Part shown: positions 27,001-35,538 of the stretch, piece by piece
How positions within the stretch are numbered: the stretch's first letter is position 1
Layout: the number at the start of each line of letters is the position of its first letter
IMG/VR virus record: IMGVR_UViG_3300031566_000056
Location: 1 to 51,162 of that record
Strand: one strand, 5' to 3'
Length of the DNA stretch: 51,162 nt
Source: a virus
Taxonomy: Duplodnaviria > Caudoviricetes
Notes under the pieces: generated by a model
The model's database searches: none
Told to the model about the DNA's origin: nothing
The model's input: only the letters and a program-made list of their open reading frames with translations
Position numbers and translations under genes: made by a program

Positions 27001-27531
27001 GCGCGCTGCGTCTTCGGCCTCAAGTTTATATTGGCTTAATGTCGAGACAACAGTCTGGCTTGTAAAAGCTAAGTCCGACTGAGTCGCCCCTGCTAATTGC
27101 AAGACTCCATCAAGCGCGGCAACACTTTCAGTCGCATCAAGCCCGGCGGATGCTAAGGAATAAAGCGCATCAGCCGCCTGAGAGGCTGTGAACCTTGTTG
27201 TCTCTCCTGCGCCCCTCGCCGCGTCTTCTATTTTTTGAAATTCTTCTTCTGTTGCTCCTGCAACCGATCTAACATTTGCAAGCGATTGCTCAAAACCAGC
27301 AAAAGTCTTGATTGAATCTTTAACAGCAAGAGAGATTCCAGCAAAAGCCGCAACGCCAGCAAGTTGAATTGCGCCAAAACTTTGAGACCAATTTTTTTCT
27401 ACTTTTCCCGCATTTGTTTTATTATTTGCAACAAATTGGTCGAACTTGGCATCTACTTTTTTTAGATCACCACTAAGCTTATCGAGTTGGATTCTAACGT
27501 CTGAATATATTGTGCCAGCATTAACCGCCAT
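24094..27531 (-). CDS. Tail tape measure protein (TP901-type core)
   Basis: FEQSLANVRSVAGAT..TTRFTASQAADALYSLASAG..GEQAGTALRN; 1145 aa; central hydrophobic helices. Confidence 0.95.
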   Translation of the reverse strand: MAVNAGTIYSDVRIQLDKLSGDLKKVDAKFDQFVANNKTNAGKVEKNWSQSFGAIQLAGVAAFAGISLAVKDSIKTFAGFEQSLANVRSVAGATEEEFQKIEDAARGAGETTRFTASQAADALYSLASAGLDATESVAALDGVLQLAGATQSDLAFTSQTVVSTLSQYKLEAEDAARVSNVFAAAIGNSQANMDKLAAAFRQVGPVAGTLGISLEETTGAIQGLLDAGFKGEQAGTALRNILSSLASETDPTTQKLTALGLSFEELDPSVNSFIDIIGNLNEANLEAGQIIGAFGKEAGPQILSLLAVGKQGLEEYTKAVTDTTAAADAYAIQNDTLQGSLDATGSAIESLKIGLISEFSPVIRGIVDAFKNAILFLNQLPGPVKIFLGLLAVGVPAAFGLVSALTALNGILVATGATMGAILGPIALVVGGIAALTAGIVGISGAVRKARLDEIEKRFGGLAENLEISNEKLEKLVSTIETMGATSDSSIKKAITKLKEFQKETGISDDRLDELVKTAKKLGATSDNIADVTATVFNLNEEFGATTDQIKEISRVFDLGGKISESKINLDLVNQQVALLRKETGLSEAAILKIGLASEKVSDVYREQLIIVEKSKRLQNELVTTETKKEIYLAELQKKRAEARQKAIEEEEKREKELETKRLKAIAQSKSVIEARLQAQDSYNEALRINSLLAQEGLITQTELVKREISETEKLIESLFEIGYTAENVEQTFIDATGKRVTRVQQGNLVLRDLIDNILPELKGKLEEVEKVETESGESRNKFVDEYNKKLLDLVGTEEEKRAAAKASALEDIKNANLSEEATRQAVDALDAYYNKLEEISEKQKENTEDIIKFSAEQQKLLNELSDIATTVFDVFNSVFSGIDNLAQASAKKRIEEIESVLQTQISAYDQELQKALEVAGVAEETREEKLKRELEAAKLAGDEQKALEIENTLTRLQIENDFEKKKLDAREAAARKTAKIEYDAAIASYNIKLALAIADAARAIIAGYAQLGPIGGTVAALATGTATGLEIAALTAAKPEPPNFGGGGLIMPIQGYQTGGVVIPGGTGGKVIRAAENGAPELLLNGGGEGAALLDQFASRIARAIGGGAGGQNKQIVILLDMDGKRVAESTATYFNNGVVRIKL

Positions 27532-28201
27532 TCTTTATCCTTTCTCGTTGTTCTTGCAGCAACACCCATGCGCGCTTGTTTATATCATCCTGCATAAAAT
27601 CAGTGAACGCGCCTTTTATGTGGTCCGCTGGATTATTATGTCCACGCTCTGCCAGGACTGCGGAGTTTATTAGGGCTTTTTCTGATATCTCATTAATGTC
27701 AGACTCGTCTATTCCTAGTGTGTAACTTACTATAGTAGCCATAAAATCTTCAGGAAGTAAAAAATCACACCAAACGCGAAGAGAATCAATCTCAGTTTTT
27801 GCTAACGATTTTTTAGGACCATCTTTCATGCTTTCAATATCGATTTTTAATTGTTTTATTTTTTCTTTTATTTTTTTAACCTCATGTCCTGAAATTCGTT
27901 CTAGTATTTGATCATACGATGGAGACACAAGCGCTTTTTTTGTTATCTCATTGTTTCGCTCTGCATAAGATATTATGTCAGAAATCTTTACATTTTTTTC
28001 AAGACATTTTTTATTTACTTTGTCCTGAAAAGTTTCGATTAAAGACATATCACCGCACGCTATTGTTTGCGCCTGTGTTAATTTTCGAAGCTTCACCGCC
28101 ACCGGCGCTCCGTGGAACGGCGCGAAAATAATAGGGAATTGCGCCCTTTCAATTTTGTCAATTTCGGTTTCGTTTACAACGACCTTTTTTTTGAAGAACA
28201 C
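27521..28201 (-). CDS. Tail assembly chaperone (putative)
   Basis: Between major tail and tape measure genes; AGGAGG RBS. Confidence 0.65.
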   Translation of the reverse strand: MFFKKKVVVNETEIDKIERAQFPIIFAPFHGAPVAVKLRKLTQAQTIACGDMSLIETFQDKVNKKCLEKNVKISDIISYAERNNEITKKALVSPSYDQILERISGHEVKKIKEKIKQLKIDIESMKDGPKKSLAKTEIDSLRVWCDFLLPEDFMATIVSYTLGIDESDINEISEKALINSAVLAERGHNNPADHIKGAFTDFMQDDINKRAWVLLQEQRERIKNGG

Positions 28202-28220
28202 AATCCCCTCCTAATTCTTA

Positions 28221-29153
28221 TTATACAGTGTCTAAATTTAAAGCTTTGTATTCTGAGACCGTTAAGGACTCAAGAGCAGTATCACCATAAAGAACGTCGT
28301 TTTCGTCCCTGTAAGAAGTTCCAGTAATGGTATAATTGCCATTCATGAACGCTCTTTCGTTTGTTGCGTCTCCAATAGTTCCTTTGCAACTTCTGTGAAG
28401 CTTTTTGACATAACCAATAAGATCTGCTTCTTTGTTGGTCCCTTGTGCATATTTAGCGTAATATATCTCACAAAAGAAATATACTTTATCATCTTCTGAT
28501 GTTGGAACCTCATAAGTTCCAGCACTTGATGAATACGTTCCGCCTTCAATCAGAGACCTTAATTCCCAATCCTCAGCCGTATCAACGATTGTTTCCGAAA
28601 ATCCTTTTCGATATCCATCACTAAGAATTTCCGTGTCAATTCCGTCCGCGTCTGTAGTTGTGAATGTTTCTTCGTCTTTTAGGTTTGGTGTTTCTCCCGC
28701 AGACTGCAAGGTGTCAGTTTTTACGAATTTCAATCCTTTTCCCTGTCCGATAAAACAAAGCTCGGCACACTCACCATAGATTTGAATCCAATCAGGAACG
28801 GCAGCCGTATTCGTGTTTGCAATCTTTAGTCTGTCTTCGTTTGTTGTGTCTTTCGATGCGTCGAGATCAAGCAACGCCGTCCCAAACGCAGTATCAAGGG
28901 CTGTGACTAATTCGTCTACCGTCACAGCGGCCGCAGAAACTGCAGCCGATAAATTAACCGTAAATGATACCGCTGCCGCATTATCAATTTTTACAGTCAT
29001 GGGCACGGCCGCGATCGCTGTTGCTCCGCTAAAATCAAACGGTCCAGCCCCTCCGATAATTCGGTCAACGGTTGGTATGGTCAAGTCATCATTCATGGCC
29101 ATGAACCGAGCAAATTTTAAGCCGAAAGCATATTCCGCATTAGTTCTTAACAT
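28221..29153 (-). CDS. Major tail (tube) protein
   Basis: Position, size, Thr/Ala/acidic composition; GAGGA RBS. Confidence 0.7.
   Translation of the reverse strand: MLRTNAEYAFGLKFARFMAMNDDLTIPTVDRIIGGAGPFDFSGATAIAAVPMTVKIDNAAAVSFTVNLSAAVSAAAVTVDELVTALDTAFGTALLDLDASKDTTNEDRLKIANTNTAAVPDWIQIYGECAELCFIGQGKGLKFVKTDTLQSAGETPNLKDEETFTTTDADGIDTEILSDGYRKGFSETIVDTAEDWELRSLIEGGTYSSSAGTYEVPTSEDDKVYFFCEIYYAKYAQGTNKEADLIGYVKKLHRSCKGTIGDATNERAFMNGNYTITGTSYRDENDVLYGDTALESLTVSEYKALNLDTV
29090..29135. repeat. 46-bp exact direct repeat, copy 1 (within major tail gene)
   Basis: CATTCATGGCCATGAACCGAGCAAATTTTAAGCCGAAAGCATATTC, identical to 47447-47492. Confidence 0.95.
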
Positions 29154-29168
29154 GATTATTTCCTCCTA

Positions 29169-29522
29169 TTAAAATAAACGCGTGGCCATTGAGAAACTAC
29201 GTTCCATCGATATTGTACCATCGTCGTTATTTATTATTATACTAGAAAAGTCCTGCTCTGTCTCTATCTCGTTATAGTTGCCGTAACGAGTTTCACTACT
29301 AAATCCATTAAGAAGGATGCTGAGATCATTCCTGATATAATCCTCTAAAAATATCTGTTGATCTTTTTCCATATGAACAAATATTCTATATGTTACCCCG
29401 TTCGGCGGGTTTGCATCCTGCTTAACGACAATATATGGAGATGCCGGAGTAGCTGAGGACCCGAACGGTATAACGTCTTTTATGACCCCTGTTTTTAGTT
29501 GGGCAATAATTTTATCAATCAC
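29169..29522 (-). CDS. Tail terminator / completion-like protein
   Basis: Position; PASPYIVV motif. Confidence 0.55.
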   Translation of the reverse strand: MIDKIIAQLKTGVIKDVIPFGSSATPASPYIVVKQDANPPNGVTYRIFVHMEKDQQIFLEDYIRNDLSILLNGFSSETRYGNYNEIETEQDFSSIIINNDDGTISMERSFSMATRLF

Positions 29523-29859
29523 TTAATAACTCCTTTACATCTCTAAAAAATCTTCCTGCGAATCTCTTTATAACAGGCGCTATCGCTTCATTTTGTCTGT
29601 TGTTTGCCAGTTCAAGGTATGGTCCATATTCTACGTCATGAGCCATAAACCAGCCTATTACATCGTCTTCGATAAACGCGTTGGTAAACATTGTGTCTTT
29701 TGCTGTTTTTGTTTCATTATTCCAGAACCTCCCGCCCGACTGCTCGGCCCTAAAATAATTTATGGCCAAAGCCGCATATCTGAGGCTTAGCGCGTAAATA
29801 GCCGCCTTACGACGTTCAAAGATAAATCCTATATTTTTCTTAACCGATTCTACGCTCAT
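29515..29859 (-). CDS. HK97 gp10-like neck protein
   Basis: WNNETKTA..HDVEYGPYLELAN..I.PVI; likely ATG 29859. Confidence 0.7.
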   Translation of the reverse strand: MSVESVKKNIGFIFERRKAAIYALSLRYAALAINYFRAEQSGGRFWNNETKTAKDTMFTNAFIEDDVIGWFMAHDVEYGPYLELANNRQNEAIAPVIKRFAGRFFRDVKELLSD

Positions 29860-30055
29860 TACCGGCCTTCCTTGTTTTTGAATCAACAAGAAGCATACCG
29901 GACAACATATTTATTGCGTCGATTGCCTCGGCAGGCGTAAGATATTCTTTGCCGCAAAAAGGATTAGTAATATATGCCTCTTCCGTTGTTGGTATATTTT
30001 TTAATTCATCTGCTCCAGTCTCAGGAATATTCACTATGCCCTCCATTCGCGTCAA
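29840..30055 (-). CDS. Small hypothetical protein
   Basis: Fills gap in neck module; probable GTG start at 30034 after GGAGG. Confidence 0.55.
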   Translation of the reverse strand: MTRMEGIVNIPETGADELKNIPTTEEAYITNPFCGKEYLTPAEAIDAINMLSGMLLVDSKTRKAGNERRIG

Positions 30056-30437
30056 TTAACAATGCTTGATATCCTACCACCCCGCCAAATTGTTTTAAAA
30101 CATCAACAACACCAATTTTAAATTCACGGCCTATTGCCTCGAATGTGTCTGCCTCAAATATTTGTGTTTTATAATCCGTTAAAATATATCTTTCAAGATT
30201 TGTAGAAAATCCAGCAGGGCCGGGTCCGTTTAAATCAATATTTTTTCTCTCGTGTGAAATTCGACATTTTATAGAATCTTGAGCCACTTGTGAAGCTGTA
30301 GGATCTGGCACGAGCTGACCAAACCCATTATCAACAAAAGGCCGCCTGAATGTAATTATTACTTCAGGCGATCTGTTGATATCTTCTATTATTCCTTTTC
30401 TGACTTGTTTTAATGCCATTCGGTTGTTAAAGCTCAT
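30021..30437 (-). CDS. Head closure / head-tail joining protein
   Basis: Position; DNGFG motif; AGGAG RBS. Confidence 0.6.
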   Translation of the reverse strand: MSFNNRMALKQVRKGIIEDINRSPEVIITFRRPFVDNGFGQLVPDPTASQVAQDSIKCRISHERKNIDLNGPGPAGFSTNLERYILTDYKTQIFEADTFEAIGREFKIGVVDVLKQFGGVVGYQALLIDANGGHSEYS

Positions 30438-30514
30438 AAATCACTAACTCCTAAGTTAAAGCCCTGCCTCGGTCAAGACCGTCCAAGCTCCATATACAAC
30501 ATCTTTTTGAACTA

Positions 30515-31006
30515 TCATAGATTGTCCCCTCCTATTTCTGGTTGATATGATTTCCCTACTAAGCCGGTATTGTTGCCGCTGTCCTCATCTATAATGTCCT
30601 CAAGGTCTCCAATTATTGCCTTATAATATTTGTATAGTTCAAGAAGCCTGACATATTCATTGCTTTCAATTCCGTTTTGATTCTTAACAATATTACATTG
30701 ACTATGTAATTTCAAAACGATTCTACACAAAGCCCTAACTGGCGCTTTCGTTATTCCTACGGTAGATATGATTGATAATATTTGAGCGTCTGAAATTAAC
30801 AATTCTACAAATTCGTAATCAACAGACGTAGCCCCGGCTGTTTTTGTTGTGTAATAGTAGCCTCCAGTTGATTCAACACGATAGGCCGTTTGAGGCTCTG
30901 GTGCTGCCGGCAACGCTGCCGGATTAACAACGGTTTCAAGACTTATGAAATCTTGCGGGTCTGATATTATCTCTCTAACTTGTTTAATATTATCCCAATC
31001 TGACAT
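30515..31006 (-). CDS. Head-tail adaptor-like protein
   Basis: VREIISD..ISDAQI pattern; first neck gene. Confidence 0.6.
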   Translation of the reverse strand: MSDWDNIKQVREIISDPQDFISLETVVNPAALPAAPEPQTAYRVESTGGYYYTTKTAGATSVDYEFVELLISDAQILSIISTVGITKAPVRALCRIVLKLHSQCNIVKNQNGIESNEYVRLLELYKYYKAIIGDLEDIIDEDSGNNTGLVGKSYQPEIGGDNL

Positions 31007-31011
31007 GACTT

Positions 31012-31040
31012 ATTATACTCTATTTTACCCCGAGTGTAAA
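31012..31040 (-). promoter_or_regulatory. Promoter restarting neck/tail transcription, probably leaderless
   Basis: TTTACA-17 bp-TATAAT; ATG 5 nt after the -10. Confidence 0.65.
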
Positions 31041-31105
31041 CCACTTGCAATTTGTTATAAAATAGTATACAATTCAATTATCGATCTCTTTTTCATATAC
31101 TCCTT

Positions 31106-31129
31106 AAGCCCCTTCGGGGGCTTTTTTTT
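31106..31129 (+). terminator. Intrinsic terminator hairpin upstream of inverted cassette
   Basis: AAGCCCC-TTCG-GGGGCTT plus T run. Confidence 0.75.
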
Positions 31130-31141
31130 ATTTATTTTTCA

Positions 31142-31205
31142 AAAAAGCTTGACATTTTGTCAATAATTGTTTATATTTAATATATCAAGAGTTGATAAGG
31201 AGATT
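31142..31205 (+). promoter_or_regulatory. 64-bp promoter+RBS element, copy 1 (inverted copy at 47783-47846)
   Basis: TTGACA-17 bp-TATATT...TAAGGAG; 62/64 identical to reverse complement of 47783-47846. Confidence 0.9.
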
Positions 31206-31208
31206 TAA

Positions 31209-31574
31209 ATGGCTGGATATTATAACCACAGAACAGAATGTAAAAATTGTGGGAAAGTTACAAATGAAGAAAAATTTACGTATGCATATGAAGGCCATCC
31301 CGAGCAAAATCAAATAAAAGAATATTGTTGGGATTGTAAACAATCTTTTATCGGCACAAGGCAATCTGTAATAAGGTATGGAAATGTACCAAAATCTGGC
31401 GTATCTTTTAATTACAGAGACAATGAGTCAGAAATTGGCGTATCTTGCTATTTGCCAAAAATGAGACCTCGTCCAGAGTTCACACACGGTAGAAATAAAT
31501 TAGAATTTACGGCTATTGTAATAGGTTATGGCGGAGATGACGAACCTTTAATAGGTGCAAAGACTATTAAATAG
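31209..31574 (+). CDS. Hypothetical zinc-binding protein
   Basis: CKNC and CWDC motifs; strong promoter and RBS. Confidence 0.8.
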   Translation: MAGYYNHRTECKNCGKVTNEEKFTYAYEGHPEQNQIKEYCWDCKQSFIGTRQSVIRYGNVPKSGVSFNYRDNESEIGVSCYLPKMRPRPEFTHGRNKLEFTAIVIGYGGDDEPLIGAKTIK

Positions 31575-31599
31575 GCCGGAGCAATCCGGCTTTAAATAG
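31573..31599 (+). repeat. 27-bp hairpin element (GCCGGA-GCAA-TCCGGC), copy 1
   Basis: Identical to reverse complement of 47559-47585; degenerate copy at ~31822-31843. Confidence 0.88.
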
Positions 31600-31619
31600 G
31601 TTGATTGAAGGAGATTAAT

Positions 31620-31817
31620 ATGGGTTTAAATATAGACAGAATTAAATTGAGAGAACCAACTTCTGATGAATATTTAACAAATTTTAAATATGTAAAATAT
31701 TACTTAATAAATGAAGGTTATCATCCAGCGAGTTGCGAATGGCCACACCTTTTAAATGATGAATGTTTTTATTTAAATCATGGATGTACAGGATGCTTGA
31801 GAAATAATAAGAGATAA
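31620..31817 (+). CDS. Cys/His-rich hypothetical protein
   Basis: AAGGAG RBS before ATG 31620. Confidence 0.7.
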   Translation: MGLNIDRIKLREPTSDEYLTNFKYVKYYLINEGYHPASCEWPHLLNDECFYLNHGCTGCLRNNKR

Positions 31818-31869
31818 AACAAGGCCGGTTAATCCAGCTTTAACAAATTATTAAGTGATAAGGAGATTG

Positions 31870-32049
31870 ATGATGGTATATTACGATTGTGACCACTGCC
31901 TAAAATTAGGCAAAGGATATTTTGACAAAGAAGGAAAAGAACAACAACAAGATGGATGGCATAAATTCAAATTAAGAGGTCAGGTAAAAACAACCTGTTC
32001 AACCGAATGCATGATGCATATTTTAAAAGCGCACGGAGAGAATAAATAG
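31870..32049 (+). CDS. Small putative zinc-binding protein
   Basis: CDHC and CSTEC motifs; TAAGGAG RBS. Confidence 0.7.
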   Translation: MMVYYDCDHCLKLGKGYFDKEGKEQQQDGWHKFKLRGQVKTTCSTECMMHILKAHGENK

Positions 32050-32088
32050 TCGTTGGCTATTATTTATATTAAACAAGTAGGAGTTATT

Positions 32089-32358
32089 ATGAAGAAAGAA
32101 ATTTTTTTAAAGGGATTTGGAATCGTTGTCGCAGAAAGAGGATGGGTCTTTGTTGGCGATATCGAAGATTTTGGAAAAGAATGTATCATCTATAATGCAA
32201 GAAACATAAGAAGATGGGGGACATCCCACGGCTTAGGCGAACTTGCAGCGGAAGGGCCAAAAGAAAAAACCACACTAGATGATTATGGAACAGTAAGGAT
32301 CGCTAAAAACGCGAAGATACTAATAATCGAAAGTGATAAAAAGTTATGGAAAAAATAA
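32089..32358 (+). CDS. DUF6948-like phage protein
   Basis: VVAERGWVFVG..NARNIRRWGT..GLGELA..GP; adjacent to Gly-rich gene. Confidence 0.7.
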   Translation: MKKEIFLKGFGIVVAERGWVFVGDIEDFGKECIIYNARNIRRWGTSHGLGELAAEGPKEKTTLDDYGTVRIAKNAKILIIESDKKLWKK

Positions 32359-32681
32359 TAACTGTTTTCTACGACGACGACGAATACGGCGACGGACACG
32401 GAGATGGCTACGGCGACGGCTGCGACGGCAACTGCGACGGCAACTGCTGCGGCGACGGCGACGGCGACGGCGACGGCTTCGGCGGATACGGCTACGGCTT
32501 CGGCGGATACGGCTACGGCAACGGCTACGGCTACGGCGGATGCGAAGGCGACGACGAATGTGGCGGATACGGCTACGGCTTCGGCGGATACGGCTACGGC
32601 AACGGCTACGGCTACGGCGGATGCGAAGGCGACGACGAATGTGGCGACATCTACGGCGGCAACGGCTACGGCGACGGATAA
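32346..32681 (+). CDS. Gly/Asp/Tyr-rich low-complexity protein
   Basis: GYG/GDG repeats; ATG start overlapping previous gene. Confidence 0.65.
   Translation: MEKIITVFYDDDEYGDGHGDGYGDGCDGNCDGNCCGDGDGDGDGFGGYGYGFGGYGYGNGYGYGGCEGDDECGGYGYGFGGYGYGNGYGYGGCEGDDECGDIYGGNGYGDG
32481..32642 (+). repeat. Perfect 81-bp tandem duplication
   Basis: 32481-32561 = 32562-32642 (GGYGYGFGGYGYGNGYGYGGCEGDDEC x2). Confidence 0.9.
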
Positions 32682-32687
32682 TTAAAT

Positions 32688-32720
32688 AAAAAAGCCTGGC
32701 GATTAACCAGGCTTATATTT
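32688..32720. terminator. Terminator between capsid gene and inverted cassette
   Basis: AAGCCTGG-loop-CCAGGCTT with A run on the left and T-rich right side. Confidence 0.8.
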
Positions 32721-32735
32721 TCAATCTGCTGATTC

Positions 32736-33944
32736 TTACGAATCTGTTGGCAATGTAACCTCAATAATAGCGCCATAACCAGCGCCAAGAGCTGTACCAG
32801 CATACGAAGAACCAAGAAAAATCTTGTTAAACTCTGCCTGTACTCGATACCATGCTCTTTCTTCTGTTGATAACTGCAAGACAGATCCCCTGCCGGTTTC
32901 CATGGTTAATGGGCGCTTATTGAGCACCCAAAAATACTCATTAGGCACAAAAATATAACATTTCCCAGCGGTAACGCCAGGATATGAGAGAGTTTCCTTT
33001 CCCCAATCAAACCCGTCGTTAATTCCCTGATCATACTCTATGATCTGAGAAATAGGCAACCCCTGGAGATTCAATGTTGTTAAAGTTCCATTAGCACCGC
33101 CAGTTGTAAGCTGACCCCTAATCACTCTTTCAATTGACCAGGTATCGTATGAATTGCAAAGGATTGAAATCCTTGGCACTGCGATTTTTCGCGCTGTTCT
33201 GTAATCCAAAAGGCCTCTCAATTTCTTGATAGCCTTTCTGAATGTATTGTACATCAATACATCATAAGTCGCTCCACTTGTTGCGTCAGCCGCTTGTTTT
33301 TGAGACGCGACATATGTTGCCCCAACAATTGCGCCAACAGTAAGAGAATTTCTTTTGTCGGTGTCTGCATCTGCAACGCTCTGTAATACTTTTTGCATGT
33401 TATGAATCTTATTGAAAAGCAAGTTTTTCAGACTGTCTTTCCAGCCAAGAGCGCGTATGGTCATATCAACGGAGTCGGTTTCTCCGAAAGTCTGCTCAAT
33501 CAATGGTACCGAATCATTAGTACCTTTGATTTCTTTGAAGTCTCCACGATATGGATAAATTTCCCGCAGATTAACAGTTTCGCTAAACTCAAAATTTGTG
33601 ACCTCTGTTGCAATCACTGAGGTTAGGTCAGGAGACTCCATGGCTCGCCTTGTTATATCGATAAATACTTTTCCAAGCAACGCTTCAAGTTCTGCCGCTG
33701 TTGGAGCTTGTGCAGCGTTCATTTTATATTGAAGCTTTCCAATTTCATCCCAAAGTTTTATATATCCCTCGGAGTTTACCCACTTTCGACTTTTCATTTG
33801 TATGAAATTTTCCTGAAACTTTTCAGGAGTTGCAACAGATTTATTGTATTGAGCGTCACCACGAAATAAAACAGAGTGTGAAACGTCTTGATTTTTTAGA
33901 CGCTCATCAATAAGCCCGTCTCGATTTAAAATTTTTAAAGGCAT
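32736..33944 (-). CDS. Major capsid protein
   Basis: 402 aa after protease and decoration genes, followed by terminator; GGGAG RBS. Confidence 0.78.
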   Translation of the reverse strand: MPLKILNRDGLIDERLKNQDVSHSVLFRGDAQYNKSVATPEKFQENFIQMKSRKWVNSEGYIKLWDEIGKLQYKMNAAQAPTAAELEALLGKVFIDITRRAMESPDLTSVIATEVTNFEFSETVNLREIYPYRGDFKEIKGTNDSVPLIEQTFGETDSVDMTIRALGWKDSLKNLLFNKIHNMQKVLQSVADADTDKRNSLTVGAIVGATYVASQKQAADATSGATYDVLMYNTFRKAIKKLRGLLDYRTARKIAVPRISILCNSYDTWSIERVIRGQLTTGGANGTLTTLNLQGLPISQIIEYDQGINDGFDWGKETLSYPGVTAGKCYIFVPNEYFWVLNKRPLTMETGRGSVLQLSTEERAWYRVQAEFNKIFLGSSYAGTALGAGYGAIIEVTLPTDS

Positions 33945-33958
33945 ATGTTCTCCCTCCC

Positions 33959-34336
33959 TTAGCTTGTTACAAGTTCGGCGTATCGGTATTTTTCAACAAC
34001 GATCATTCCGTTTGAATCTTTGATTTTCACAAGATGCCCGATCAAATAATATCCGGCGGTTTCTGTGTCTGAAAACTCTCCTGTTGTCGCGTCCCAGTAT
34101 ACGTTCTGCCACGCGGTCCCAAATGTTAACTCTCCGGCTTTTAGGTCATCAGATTCTACCTGAAACTGAATTCCTTTTTCGACATGATATGATCCGCTTG
34201 CGAGACTTGCAATGTCTTCGTCTGCTATTGCCGCATATGGGCCAACAATAGCAAATTCATACTGTTCTAAGGCCGCGCCTGAATCATTAACGCCGACAAC
34301 ATGGTCGACTTTTTCTTTCTGAATATATACAGTCAT
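33959..34336 (-). CDS. Capsid decoration/cement protein (DUF2190-like)
   Basis: A.EDIA...G, VYWD, IG.LVK; between protease and capsid genes. Confidence 0.65.
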   Translation of the reverse strand: MTVYIQKEKVDHVVGVNDSGAALEQYEFAIVGPYAAIADEDIASLASGSYHVEKGIQFQVESDDLKAGELTFGTAWQNVYWDATTGEFSDTETAGYYLIGHLVKIKDSNGMIVVEKYRYAELVTS

Positions 34337-34352
34337 TTAATTGGCCCTCCCA

Positions 34353-35489
34353 TTAAAGCTCAAGAATTTTAACGCCTGATTTTTCAAGATCTTCATTCTT
34401 GCTTTCGACCGACAGAATATTATTTTTAAGATCAGCGGCTTCACTCGATAGATGCTTTGCGACCGGATCTTCTTTTAAGCTGTTAATCTTTTCTTCAAGA
34501 TCTTCCGCACTTACATCTTTTAATTGATTTTGCGCATAATTAAAAAGCAAGTTTGTTTCCTCGCCTTTTTCGTTAAGCTTAGACGTTCCGAAATTCTCAG
34601 AAATCTTGGCATTTTTAACAGCTTCAAAATCTTCAGACATTTTATTTTGAATGTCTGTAAATTCTTTAACAGGTTCAATTACGCCGATTCCCTTTAAATC
34701 TTCAACAACCTTAAGAGCGTTTTTATGCGCATCGGTAATAATCTTTCCAGACTGTCCAAAGGCTTCGGCGATTTCTACAAGGGTGACATCGCCGTCAGCC
34801 TTAAGGGCATTGAGCCGTTTTAATAGCTCTGTTTTGTCCATAATGTTATTCTCCCTATAATTATTTTGCTTTTCATCGCCGGCAACGCCGTCGGTTTTAT
34901 TGGTTATTTGCTTCATGGCGCCTGTGCCATACTCAACAGCGTCATTGCGCTCGCCAAATAATGATTCAATCGCCGTGTGAATTGAATTTCCGTCTTCGTC
35001 CACTTCTGTTATCTCTTTCGGATACGTGACAAGACTGAAGTGAACCATTCCGGATTGGTTTTCTTTTATGAAGATTGAATTATCTCCAGACTCTCCTATT
35101 TTTGGAATATAATTTTTAAAATAAACGCTTCCAGACTCATTTCCTGTTTTTTCAAGCTTTCCACCGGCAAGGATAAAATCAGTATTCGGCCTTTCGCCCC
35201 ACCAAATAGAATGTCCAGCTTTAGAACCTGGAATTGGCCTGTCTTTTAATTTACCAAGGAAGGATTCGAAAAAAGACTCAGTATATACAATACCTTTTGC
35301 TTTTATCGGATATTCCATTTTTTGAATTTTAAAATAAGGGTCCTTGTCACCGTCCATCCACTTACTCATAATATGCTCAGGAACAAGCGTTGGAATGTCT
35401 ACTGGCGCGAGATTGAAAACATCAACAGCGCCGAAATCTGCAAGGTTGAGCCGTTTAAACCGGTCATCTTGTTTGTGTTCTTTTGGCAT
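34353..35489 (-). CDS. Prohead protease / scaffold fusion (putative)
   Basis: N-terminal globular domain with GH and FS motifs; helical charged C-terminal half. Confidence 0.65.
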   Translation of the reverse strand: MPKEHKQDDRFKRLNLADFGAVDVFNLAPVDIPTLVPEHIMSKWMDGDKDPYFKIQKMEYPIKAKGIVYTESFFESFLGKLKDRPIPGSKAGHSIWWGERPNTDFILAGGKLEKTGNESGSVYFKNYIPKIGESGDNSIFIKENQSGMVHFSLVTYPKEITEVDEDGNSIHTAIESLFGERNDAVEYGTGAMKQITNKTDGVAGDEKQNNYRENNIMDKTELLKRLNALKADGDVTLVEIAEAFGQSGKIITDAHKNALKVVEDLKGIGVIEPVKEFTDIQNKMSEDFEAVKNAKISENFGTSKLNEKGEETNLLFNYAQNQLKDVSAEDLEEKINSLKEDPVAKHLSSEAADLKNNILSVESKNEDLEKSGVKILEL

Positions 35490-35509
35490 TTATAACCCTC
35501 CTATTGTTA

Positions 35510-35538
35510 ATTATATCCAGATTTAGATGAAAAGTCAA
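35510..35538 (-). promoter_or_regulatory. Promoter for protease-capsid genes
   Basis: TTGACT-17 bp-TATAAT. Confidence 0.7.

Noticed and set aside
27521-28201. Programmed frameshift in tail chaperone
   Set aside because: One ORF fills the whole interval up to the tape measure gene; no second-frame ORF needed.
31056-31105. 13-aa ORF MKKRSIIELYTIL with AAGGAG on - strand
   Set aside because: Too short, no evident promoter; may be a remnant.
32333-32689. Arg-rich and Ala/Thr-rich ORFs
   Set aside because: Alternative frames of the GGC-rich repeat; the Gly-rich frame fits the known pairing with the upstream gene, though only proteomics can exclude the others.
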